Source of the DNA: Selaginella moellendorffii
Taxonomy: Eukaryota > Plantae > Lycopodiophyta
Assembly (NCBI RefSeq): GCF_000143415.4
Contig: NW_003314489.1
Coordinates: 1 to 32,947 of the forward strand
Direction of reading: 5' to 3'
Length of the DNA: 32,947 nucleotides
The translations under genes and the position numbers were made by a program. Below are positions 1 through 11,300 of this stretch, piece after piece. A model generated the notes under the pieces. The model was not told the origin of the DNA, did no database searches, and saw only the letters and a list, made by a program, of their open reading frames with translations. The first letter of the stretch is position 1. Each line of letters begins with the position of its first letter.

Positions 1-1
1 G

Positions 2-2141
2 CATCTTCAGAGGTTTGTCGAGACATGTAGCGAGCAGCAACCACATAAAACCCGCCTCTTGGAAGATGGAACACGAGACACCCAACGAGTTCTCCCTTCC
101 ATGTATACCAAGGGGGCCATATTGGAAGATGTGAATCGGGAACTCCAGAGTAATGGCTACAGGAAGCTGAGCCAATCTAGATTTAGTAGATTGTGGAGCA
201 ACAGGTTCAGGGATGTGAGTATAGGAAAGTACTCCAGCTTTTCAAAGTGTGACGAGTGCACTGCTATCAAAATGGCTTTGTCGAAGAATTCTTGCAGCGC
301 TCAAGAGCGAGAGACGTTGGTTAGAAGGCGGCTCGACCACAACATCGAGCAGAGAAGCTGCAGGACTGCATATTATCATAACAGGATTCTCTCCATGGAG
401 AGACCTGACTCTTACCTCTGCATCATCCACGACAAAATGGACCAGAAAAAGACGTGCTTACCTCGACTCAATCCTGCCCCCAAGGCAATCTCTTCATCCA
501 TGCAGCTGCCTGTGTCTCTGTTTGGCATAATCGCTCATGGGCATGGTGCCCAGAACTATGGGAACTTCTTTGTACCTCTATGGGGTGGCGGGGGTGCAAA
601 CATGATGATTGCGTCCCTAGCAAAACACTTAAGGTCTCTGCAAAGTGCGCAGACTGAGCTGAACGGCCAACCCTTGCATAAGGCCCTTGTCGATCGAACC
701 CCATACAGGGTTCAGCTGGAGGAGGAGCAAAGGCTTGCAGTATCGCGTGGGGCCCCATGCCATCCCAGTGAATATGTTGGCCGTCAGATTGTAGGGTTAT
801 CACGTGAGGCCTCATGCCATTCCGACGAGGCTGGTCGCCCGGTGAATGCACAGCCTCATCCAAACGAAGCAGAATCTCAAGGAAGTTCTTGCGGCCGATG
901 TGGCCTTCCACCCCATCTTCTGCTCCAAACAGACAATGCTGGCAGTGAGAACAAAAACATGTACGTCTTCGCGTACTTGGCGATGCTTGTTGCCAAAGGC
1001 ATATTTGAAACGGTTACACTTGGCTTTCTCATGGTTGGGCACACTCATGAAGACGTCGATGCCATGTTCAGTCACCTGGCAGAGTCCCTCCGGCGATCCA
1101 ATGTCCTCACCCTCCCACAACTCTACGATGAATTCCAAAATTGCATCAAAGGCACTGTTGAAGCTGCACTTCTGACAGAGGTTCCAGACTTTAAGGGGTT
1201 TGTAAGAGGCTACATCAGGGATGGATCCGAAACGCTGATTGGCCACTACAAGCCTCTTCAGTTTCATTTCAGCATGTGTGACGGTGCTCCAGTGATGAGG
1301 TACAAGATGAGAGAATGGGACACAGTGTGGCTGCCAGTGGACGGCATTGAACTCTTCAAGAGAGATCCCATAACTGGGGAACCTATGATTCCTCAGGGTT
1401 CCCCACGGCCGATGCACCCGGATGGACTCAAAGACCAGGAAAGTATAGTGGCCGGGATTAGACAGCATATTGCCTTCTGGAAGAGGGGGTTGGTGTTTGG
1501 TGGAGAATCCTATTTTCAGAGGTGCAAGCCTTTGCTCGAATACTGGGAGAAGATTATATCTACTATCCAAAATGGGCCGGTTGTATATGAAGAATTGGAA
1601 GAGTCCTTTTGGCCAGAACCCAGAGCACCAGATAGTAGCGGAACAATGTCCTCTGGAAATGCAGTGACAGATAACGATGTTGAGGATCACTATTGTGGGC
1701 CGAGGAACAAGAAGCCGGATTCAGCATTCAATCCAGTACAGGTCTGCAAAGGAATGGTCGTGCTTGTCAGACCCAGTAATAAAAAACAAATGATATGGGT
1801 GGGGCGCTGCATCACTGATGCAGAGGAGGACGCGGAAACTAACTCCTTCAATGTAACTGTGGAGTGGTTCAAGCCAAGTTCCGGATATACGAAGGATTGC
1901 CTAGAAAAGAGATGGGTGCTGAATCCAAGGGATCCCAGCATGAGCATATCGGTGGATAATGTTGTGCATGGTTGGATGCGGAAGCAGAGTGCCACCATCA
2001 CCTTGCCAGACCATGCAAGAGATGCAGCAAGAGCATTCATAACTCGGGTTCAAGGTGAGATTCATTAATATTCCTTTACAAAGTTTCTAATGTATTTTAT
2101 TTCAAGGTGAACAATCCGAATCTGAATCAGAGGAGGCTTGA
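2..2141 (+). CDS. DDD-type transposase, Sola1/DUF7869-like (5' partial; probable short last exon 2107-2141)
   Basis: Frame is open from position 2 to the stop at 2068. Motifs: KCDEC, HDKMDQKK, QTDNAGSENKN, FLMVGHTHEDVDAMFS. A candidate intron 2055-2106 (GTGAGA...CTAAT...TTTTATTTCAAG) would add GEQSESESEEA*. Family assignment is from motif recall, not a search. Confidence 0.75.
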
Positions 2142-2356
2142 TATAGTGTGTGAGGTAAAACAAAGATGATGTGACATATGCATTTACCAATCACACGTGC
2201 ATAAATCTAATAATATGGCGTGTGGCCCATATTAATGGCACATAAACCCATATTGTGGGCTTACGTGCTTTATGTACCATCATTCCCTTGCAGCGTGTGT
2301 GTTGGTTTCCTTTTATAACACAACGAACTCCATATTTTAGGGTGAAGAGCGTTCTC

Positions 2357-2614
2357 ATGGCAAGCACAAAATCTGTAAGTGAGGCAGAAAAGGAGATGGA
2401 GAAGGAGATAGGTGAAGATGTAGAATATATAAGTCTTCCAAACTCCCCGTACTATACTCCAGGTGATCATTTTTCTGAACAAACGGCAACATTAACAACT
2501 ATCGAGAACGCCCCAGTAACGTCAGAGACAACAATCCAAAGCAAAACAACTGACCCGGAGAAGGATGATAGTACCGCTGAGAGTACCAAAAAGGAGGTGT
2601 CCACTAGCGCTTAG
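2357..2614 (+). CDS. Small acidic, Ser/Thr-rich ORF inside the DNA transposon; function unknown
   Basis: ATG at 2357 (MASTKSVSEAEKEMEKE...), 85 aa. No recognisable domain. Confidence 0.2.
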   Translation: MASTKSVSEAEKEMEKEIGEDVEYISLPNSPYYTPGDHFSEQTATLTTIENAPVTSETTIQSKTTDPEKDDSTAESTKKEVSTSA

Positions 2615-3247
2615 GCTTATAATGGCGTGTGCCCTCATGCCATTTACTTGATCACCAAATACCTTTTTCCCTTTGCACTAGTATATCTTAATACCGGTCT
2701 GAGAAATAGAATGGCATGTGCCCTCAGGCCTTTTACTAAATCACCTTTGAAAGAAATGCAAGCCTCTATGTCGTAAAAAAAAGGTACTAGAGAAATTCCT
2801 TAATAATATGAATGTTATTTAGTTTCATGAAAATACACTAAGGGTCAAATGAGTTAAATGACTTCTCCAGACTAGCAATGCCTCTTGCTACACCTTCACA
2901 ATTAGATTCGTTAGAAAAAGATAACATTGAATAATATCTAAATGTTCTCACCATTAAGTTATATGTCTGGCTAATAGGAATGATGTTCATCTTGGAAAGC
3001 TCACCACACGCTCAATGAACAAACAAATAGTGTGTGCGCGCATGCCATCGCTCTTCTTTAGCTTCAGATTCGGCTTGTTCACCTTGACAATGAGATTTAT
3101 TATACAACTAGATGGACTCAGTCTGGACATAAGGTCACCACGCTAGTCACCATGCCCCAGATATGTCTAGCCCCTGGACAAAAAACATATAATTTCACGT
3201 CATTTTCAAATACTTGAAAATTTGTACCTAGTCCCATTTTACTGAAT

Positions 3248-3274
3248 AAATCCCACTTTAACGAAATAGAGCTT
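3248..3274. repeat. Putative right terminal inverted repeat of the Sola-like element
   Basis: AAATCCCACTTTAACGAAATAGAGCTT vs MITE TIR AAGTTCCACTTTAACGAAATAAAGCAT (23/27). Confidence 0.65.
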
Positions 3275-3521
3275 ATTAGAACATAACTATTTTTTATAGG
3301 AAGTGAAGCATAACTATCTTTTATAGGAAGTGGAGTTGAAGGATGTGTAATGAGAAGTGGAAAATATGACATTTCATAACATTATGCCAAATGAAAGGTA
3401 TTGTCTAAAGTGGTTAAAGCAAGTGTATACACAAATTTTACAAGATCTCTACAAAGTGTTAGTCTTAACTTGATCCTTTTTTACATATTTGGCATGAAGC
3501 AAAAACCAAACACCAAATTGC

Positions 3522-5444
3522 TGTAAGCGACTAAATTTTCCATTCTACTTTAGTCATTTAACCACACCTCCGACCACTTGGAGGAGTCTCAATCACAACC
3601 TCCGTAAGTCCAATTCCGGACTTGGGACTTGCTAGCCCTGAGAATGGCCTCCATGCCACTTAACATTTGCACTTGGTCCAAGTGCTCCACGTGTCCGATC
3701 ACACGACCGACACTCAAAGGTACCACCGACATAGCAGCCTGTTACGCTAAGGCCATGCCCAATCACCTTTGCCACACTGGTAGTCCAATACCACTTGCAT
3801 CACAGTCTTGGCTCTCAAAGACTAGGTAACCCATCCGTGAGTGGTCATCTCAGATCCACTCTTTAGCATCCTTAGGATGCCCACCGACAAGGGGAATAGC
3901 CTTCCCCAATATCCCTCTGTCAGTCCCCACTAAGTCCCTTTTTGCCCCTGGCCGTGTTTGCCGACACTGCCACTGGATTGAGGCCCACAGGCTCGACCAC
4001 TAAGTCCCACGGTCCTCTGGGACTTCCTCACCACACGATTGTGTCCTTGGTCACTACCCCAGAGGACTGCTCCTCTTCCTTTCCACAGTTTGGGCCTTTG
4101 GGACAACATTTCGAAACACCGTGGCCTTACGCGAGCCACCTGGGTACTCTCCCCGCCTTTCGCCTTTAGGTGCTCTAGCCATGGGCTTAGAGCGAGGTTC
4201 CGTTGAGCCACGACAGGTATCCAAGTAGGTAGTGCCACCCACACTTGGACTGGGAGCATCGGCCAGTCGATCTCCCGGGGGAACTAGAGCCGGCTCTTGA
4301 ACACTTCACCAAGCTACCCCGCTTGTCGGTCCGTGTTCACTCTAGTCTTGGACTTCCCAGTGGGCAGCTCATCACCCAACACTGGGTCCGGCCTTCCTGG
4401 GCCAAACTGGCCTTTCCTGGCCAAACTGGCTCCACTGCAGTCCTCCCCTTTACTATACTTTTGGAGCTCACCAAACCCCCCAGGGTCTGGGAGACGAACG
4501 CTTTGGGCTTTCACCTTCTCAGACTCGAACTCGGACTCGGACTCGGACTCGGACTCGGACTCGGACTCGGACTCGGACTCGGACTCGGACTCGGACTCGG
4601 ACTCGGGCTCGGGCTCGGTCTCGGTCTCGGTCTCGGTCCCGGTTCCATCTCGGACTCCATCTTGGACTCCATCTCGGGTCCATCTCGGACTCCATCTCGG
4701 GTCCATCTCGGGTCCATCTCGGACTCCATCTCGGACTCCATATCGGACTCCACTTCGGGTCTCGGTCTCGGTCTCGGTCTCGGTCCCGGTTCCATCTCGG
4801 ACTCCATCTTGGACTCCATCTCGGGTCCATCTCGGACTCCATCTCGGGTCCATCTCGGACTCCATCTCGGGTCCATCTCGGGTCCATCTCGGACTCCATC
4901 TCGGACTCCATATCGGACTCCACTTCGGGTCCATCTCGGACTCCATATCGGACTCCACTTTGGGTCCATCTCGGACTCCATATCGGACTCCATATCGGAC
5001 TCCACTTCGGGTCCATCTCGGACTCCATATCGGACTCCACTTCGGGTCCATCTCGGACTCCATATCGGACTCCATATCAGACTCCACTTCGGGTCCATCT
5101 CGGACTCCATATCGAACTCCATCTCGGACTCCACTTCGGACTCCATATCGGACTCCACTTCGGGTCCATCTCGGACTCCAACTCAGGTCCGCCTCGGACT
5201 CTATCTCAGACACTTCCACGTGTCATGTGTTGGTCCTTTTTGGGTCCCTTTTTGGAGCCTTGCTTATTGGTTGCCTTGTGCTTGCTCCTCGAGCTCTTTG
5301 TTGGGAGTTCCACTCCCGCTCTCGACCTTCCAAGTCGGAGCTTTTAGTCCAAACGTGTTATGCTCGTTTGGCTTTCGCTTCGGCCACTACCACGTGGCAC
5401 CCTTTCCGGCTCCACTTTGGGGCCTAGGGATTTTGTGTCTCACA
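3522..5444 (-). repeat. 3' LTR of outer element (1923 bp)
   Basis: TGTAAGCGAC...GTCTCACA; direct repeat of 17021-18863; abuts the PPT. Confidence 0.95.
4521..5180. repeat. (GGACTC)n microsatellite plus 12-bp-unit minisatellite in LTR
   Basis: 12 perfect GGACTC units at 4533-4604, then GGACTCCATCTC/GGGTCCATCTC/GGACTCCATATC/GGACTCCACTTC variants. Confidence 0.95.
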
Positions 5445-5460
5445 ACTCCACCACCCATAG
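5445..5460 (-). other. Polypurine tract of outer element
   Basis: Minus strand CTATGGGTGGTGGAGT directly before the 3' LTR; identical to the inner element's PPT. Confidence 0.9.
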
Positions 5461-5548
5461 ACGAAGTTCGATGTCCTCATCGAACGGTAAACCATCTTAT
5501 AAAGTAACACCCGCATGTGTTACCATTTCCATCCTTGGCACCTAGCCA

Positions 5549-5680
5549 ATATTTGTCAATGGTTTGACATTGAAGGCTCACCATGCCTTCTCCATATTCG
5601 TCAATGGTTTGACATTGAAAGCTCACCATGCCTTTTGCATATTCCTCAATGGTTTGACACCAAAGGCTCACCATGCCTTG
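5549..5680. repeat. Three tandem 45-bp repeats
   Basis: Unit ATATTYGTCAATGGTTTGACATTGAAGGCTCACCATGCCTT starting at 5549, 5594 and 5639. Confidence 0.9.
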
Positions 5681-6577
5681 CCTATCCTCCAAGGAGGGTA
5701 GTCTCTCCAACTTAGAGACTGATTGGACCACATGTAGTGGTTCTCTCCTTTTATTGGTTTAGTTCTCGCTAAACCCCTTAGAAACTCTTCTCTAAGTCAA
5801 TCCCACTACTCCTTCTCGAGTAGACTCAATTTCCATCTATTGAACGTTTGCACCTTGGAACTTTTACTCTTTTGACTTTTGGAAGTCAATTTCCTAGGTG
5901 TCTCTAACACCTTGCATTGCACAGATTGTGCAACTCCACTTCCCCATCCTAGGGAGTTCATTACTTGAGGGCACCATCATCCTCTCTTCTATTTTGTGCC
6001 ACCTTGGGCACTAAGTTCCATTTATCATACTTCGTGCTAGGGCTGTCCATGGCCCTATCGTTTGGCTACTTTACCGCTCCCTCCCTTGGAGCATCCACTT
6101 TCGCCAAATCGGAGCAATTCGGAATCCATCCTTGGAAACACACTTCCTTTCCCGCAATTTGTTAGCGTCCAACACATTAGTGTTCCTCGCCTAACTTTGT
6201 CACTTGGATTCCTTCCAAGGGATTCCACGGCCCTATCTTGGCCACTCATCTTTTGCTCCTATCCGTTGATTATTGCGCCAAGCAACATCGAATCTCTACC
6301 TCCCTCGTTGAGGTATTCTTTTGATTCCATAGCAAAGGTTCTGCTTTGCCAAGACTAGGGTGTTCACCCCTGGTAAGTCTCTTTAGCATCTTCTACTGTG
6401 GGCTCTATCCATGGCCCAACTTTGTGACCCTCCCATGGGTCTCTCCTAGAGACTACTTTGAACTCACAATACCATTGTATGGTCGTAGTTCATTTCCTTA
6501 GGTGTCCTTCCCACTTGGTCACCTTGACCAAGCCACACCATTATCAATAGGAACTAGGTCTTCCAGACCCTTCTAAG

Positions 6578-7021
6578 TTGTTGACTATGACCCCGGGGGC
6601 ATCCCCCACACTTGGCGGTGCGCCCAAGCCAGCCCTTCCGGCCAAGGATCCATAGCAACTGAGACTGGGTGTCCCCATCTCATTCACCACGTCCTTGGTG
6701 CCCTTTGCACCAAAGTGTTCAAGTTAGATATGCCGAGCTTTCACTCTAAGCAATCTAACCGTGCATCACGACTCCGGGGCATCCCCCGCTTGGCGGTGTG
6801 CCCAAGCCAATCTCCTCATTGAGAGTCCATGACCACCGAAATATGAGTGTCCTCATATTCCAAACCATCACCACGCCCTAGTGATTTGGGACTCGAACCC
6901 AAGCACTAGAGGGTCGGGACTCAAACCCAACCTCCGTATATGCATCTACGGACGGCATCACCCAGGATGCCTGGCGTGACTCTCCCCACGCCGGTGCACC
7001 AACTTATACTCAAAGCGCGCT
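6578..7021 (-). ncRNA. Putative cis-acting structured RNA module (partly duplicated) of outer element
   Basis: Reverse complement is collinear with 13133-13426 and shows compensatory stem changes. Confidence 0.6.
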
Positions 7022-7109
7022 AGAGATCACAGCTTAGGAACCTAGTTCCTCCCCACTGCCAAGTCCTCTCACTTGACAAGCCTGTGATCATGCATGGACT
7101 CCTCCATGC

Positions 7110-8257
7110 TGTAAGGAACCAACTCGCCGAGGTGTCGTAGGCTAAAGGAACCCCGAAAGCATGACCAAAATGACAAAGAGTTCATCGGATGGGACCAAGT
7201 CGAAGATCGAGTCCAAGACCGACTCTAGGACCGAGTTCGAGATCGAGTCCGGAATCGAGTCCGAGACCGACTCGGGGACCGAGTTCGAGTCTGAGTTCGA
7301 GACCGAGTTTGAGACGGAGTCCGAGATCCGAAATCGGGTCCGAGACCGAGTCCGAGGTCGAGTCCGAGGTCGGGTCCGAGATCGGGTCCGAGATCGAGTC
7401 CGAGATCGAGTCCGAACCCGAATCCGAAGTCGGATCCGAAATCGGGTCCGAGATCGAGCCAGAGACTAAGTCCAAATACTAATACGGGTCAAGGGGTGAA
7501 AGCCCAAAGCGTGCGTCTCCCAGGGGGGGGGGGGCTGCAGGGGGTTCCAAAAGTATAGTAGGGATAGTGAGGTCCAGGAACCAGTTTAGAAGGGACTCTC
7601 CAGTGGGGCTCCCAAACTGACTTGAGGTTGGGACTGGGACCGAGGGGCCTTGGGTGGGAGTGAGCATGGACTTGGTTGGTGCCGGAGGGGCCATCCAAGG
7701 AAGTGCTCAAGAGCAGCTCCCACTCCCGAAAGGGAAACCGATTGCGGTGCTTCCGGCTCAAGTGGAGTGGTGCCCCACTTGAGTACCATGCGGCTCATTG
7801 GTCCTCGCCCTTCCTAGGGGCTTGGGCCTTCCTTCGGGATGGAAGTGGGGGGCGAGAGGTACCCATACCGGGCCGCTAGGCCATGGTGTTTCGCCCCGGC
7901 GTCTCGAAGCAAGTGTTGCACTCAAGACTTGGGATTTAGAGGGTCCCATGATCAAGTCTTGTGGTACCAAAGGATGTTAGGAACCTGGAAGCTTGGTGTG
8001 CTTGGCTGCTTGTGCTTGCGGGGAGTGTAGCCGAACCTTAAGTCCAGTCCAACCCGGGGAGGGGGATTGGGAGTGATTTGGGAATCCGTGGATGGTGGCT
8101 AACACTCCGTTGCTCGTGCAGTGAGTAGCTGAGACCAAGTAGGAGCTGGTACCATAGGCGAGAACCTTGGCAAGGGAACTTAGCAAAAGCCAAGGCGGTG
8201 TTGGACGGATAGGCGAGGTAAGCTAGCAAATTGGAAAGGAAAAATTTGTGGCTTACA
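7110..8257 (+). repeat. 5' LTR of inner element (1148 bp)
   Basis: Direct repeat of 13488-14634 with about 9 substitutions and 1 indel; degenerate GAGTCC/GAGATC/GGGTCC hexamer array at ~7200-7470. Confidence 0.97.
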
Positions 8258-8260
8258 ATT

Positions 8261-8272
8261 TGGTATTGGAGC
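8261..8272 (+). other. Primer binding site (initiator tRNA-Met type)
   Basis: TGGTATTGGAGC, 3 nt after the LTR; canonical plant iMet PBS is TGGTATCAGAGC. Confidence 0.85.
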
Positions 8273-8316
8273 CTTTATCTCAGTTCTAGCGAAGGATAGA
8301 GGCGGATTGCTGGGAG

Positions 8317-11300
8317 ATGGCAAGGGCAGGGCGTAAGCGAACCCAGGCGGAGACGGAACCTCCGCCGGAGCTGGAGCCTCCGGTCGAACAAGAGGCTATG
8401 GATGAGGAATCCTTGCATGAGGAGAACTCTAGTGAGGAAACTTCCAAACAGGAGTCCGGTGGCGAGGTTCGGTCGTCCAAGGCTGGATTGGACGTGCTAG
8501 AAGGACAGTTGGCACAGACCAATGCCCTGCTGGAAACTCTCGTACGCAAGCTAAAGCGTGACGAGAGGCGGAAGAAAAAGAAAAAGACTGCGGATGCTGG
8601 CAGCGCAGAAGGTGCGGATCTTTCGGCCGGGACTGAGGCAAAACCAGACAAGGTCGAACAAACTGAAGTGGAATCAGTCCCTCAGGCAGTTCCCAAGTAC
8701 AAACCAAAGCCCCCACCGGTCTTCAAGGGAGTGAACAACTATAAGGTGGTGGAGGATTGGTTTTACGATATGGAGGACTACTTCCGAGCGTTGTGGTTAC
8801 CGAGCTCGGAGAAGGTCCCATGTGCAAAACCATACTTGGCAGATAATGCCAAGTCTTGGTGGAGAACGACGGAGGCCAACGAAGGACCAGTGGCCACTTG
8901 GGACATGATGAAGGCGAGGATCCGCGCAACATACGTTCCTCCGAATGCCACTCTGCATCTGAGAGATGAGCTGAGTAGGCTGAAGCAGACTGGAACCATC
9001 CAGGAATATATGAATGGGTTCATGGCAAAAAGGATACTTGTCACGGACATGGGGGATATGGATGCGTTCCATGCCTTCATATCAGGTTTGCAAACCTGGG
9101 CTCGCGGTGAGGTGATGCGGTGGAACCCGACCAACTACAAGGAAGCGTTGGATGCGGCCATCAAGGTGCATTTCAACGATAACCTGCGAAAGGGGAACAC
9201 GACGGGGTCGGGATCCACATTTAGCAAAGGGGCCAAACCAAGGGGAACGTATAGCAAGGGGAAATTCAAAAAGAGTTTCTCTAAGAATGAGTCCTCGGGG
9301 TTCCGGAAAGGCAAATCCGGTGGCCAGCGAGCGAGTACGTGGGGGAGTCAAGCGAAAAAAGACAAACCCACGGATAAGAAGGTCAAGTCGTATAGCAGCG
9401 TGGGAAACAACGTATGCTACAACTGCGGCGAAGCGGGACACTTCTCGAGGGAATGTCCCTACCCGAAGAAGGCCAGAGCCAATATGGCCATCAAGTCGGG
9501 TGAAGTCCAAACTGAGGTATGTGATCCAGTCCCTAACTCAAAGTTACTCATTACACGAGCAACTTTGGTAGAGAGTCGTTCGCGACATCTACTAGCCCTC
9601 CGAGGGAAGCTCGGAGGTAGCTTTGTTAAGATCCTTATTGACACGGGTGCTTCGGATAATTTTGTGGCTGCAGACATAGTTCGGCAAGCCGGACTAACGG
9701 TGCAGCGGCTAGGCGAACCAAGGACTATAGAGTTTGTTCAAGGTAGCCAAAGCACCGATGAGGTACTTCGACAAGCGAGAGTCGAAGTGGGGACATGGAA
9801 AGTGGACATGGATTTCACCATCTTGGACATGGCGGGATTTGACGTGATCTTCGGAATGGATTGGTTTAATCGGTTCGTGGTAGCCCTGCATGGACAAGGT
9901 AGGAACCTGGTGGTATTGGCGAATGCCCAAGGAAGAAGATCTAGGGTGGAGGCCCAGGATCTAAAGGTAGGGCAAAGCAAGGCCAAAGAGTCATGCTTAA
10001 ACCTGGTGTCCACGAGAGGACAACTCACTAAAGGAACTAAGGCAGCCTTTTTGTGCTTACTCTCGGTGAAGAGTGACAAAAAGACAAGAACGGAAGAAGT
10101 ACCTTTAGTGATCCAGCAGGTGCTGGACCAATTCCAGGATACGATGCCGAAGGAGCTACCGGCGGGGTTGCCCCCCGCACGACCGATAGAACATAAGATT
10201 GAGCTGGTCGAGGGTGCTGAGGCAGTGGTTCGTCCACCCTATCGATTGAATGAAAAAGAACTCAAGGAGCTCAAGAGCCAACTAGAGGAGTTGGTGGACA
10301 AAGGGTATGTTAGGTTGAGCAAGTCGCCGTATGGGGCGCCGGTGCTATTTGTGAAAAAGAAAGATGGATCTATGCGCATGTGCATAGACTACCGGTTGCT
10401 CAACAAGTATACCAAGAAGAACAAGTACCCTTTGCCAAGGATCGAGGACCTGTTCGATAGGTTGGGAAAGGCAAAATACTTCTCGAGGATTGACCTAAGG
10501 TCAGGATACTACCAGATCAGGGTAGCTGAGGAAGATGTTGAGAAGACAACCTGTCGAACGAGGTATGGGAGCTTTGAGTTTTTGGTGATGCCCTTTGGGC
10601 TGTGCAATGCACCGGCAACGTTTTCGGCGTTGATGAACCACATCTTTGTACCCTATTTGGATCGCTTCGTGGTCGTCTATATTGACGACATCCTGATCTA
10701 TAGCGAGACGCTAGAGGAGCATGCCAAACACTTGGCGAAGGTGTTTGAGAAACTAAAGGAACACAAACTGTATGCTAAAGAGAGCAAATGTGACTTTGCT
10801 CAACAAGAGGTAAAGTTTCTCGGGCATGTGGTGGGCCAGGACGGGCTCAAGGTGGACCCGGAGAAGGTCCAAGCGATCCAGGAATGGGAACGACCATCGA
10901 ATGTACATGAGTTGAGGGCGTTCCTGGGGCTATGCAACTACTATCGAAAGTTTATCAGACACTATTCGAGAGTAGCCCTGCCCTTAACGGACTAAACAGG
11001 AAAAGGGAAGATGGTATGGACAGCGGAATGCGAGGCGGCATTCGTCCACCTCAAAGGGAAGTTGAGGAAGGCTCCGGTGTTGGCATTACCAGACTTTGGT
11101 AAGGACTTTGAGGTAGACACGGATGCTTCGGACTTTGCGTTGGGCGCAGTTTTGAAGCAAGACAACCATCCAGTAGCGTTCTTCTCGAAGAAGCTGGACA
11201 AGGCTCAACGGAAGTGGCCTGCCCACGAGAAGGAATTGTTTGCGGTGGTCAAGGCGCTCAAGGAGTGGCGACACTACCTTGGGAGACACTTCAAGGTTTA

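Larger units (their letters stand above)
1..3274 (+). mobile_element. Right part of a Sola-like TIR DNA transposon
   Basis: Transposase ORF followed by 3231-3274, which matches the right end of the 4-bp-TSD MITE (21393-21436) at 39/44 positions. The left end is outside the window. Confidence 0.65.

Noticed and set aside
4245-5507. Long ORFs with (LG)n, (SD)n, (SE)n, (RV)n repeats (also 17744-18944, 7161-7482, 13539-13860)
   Set aside because: Artefacts of stop-free hexamer arrays inside LTRs; open in most frames.
5549-5680. CRISPR-like array
   Set aside because: Contiguous tandem units with no unique spacers; eukaryotic context; no cas genes.
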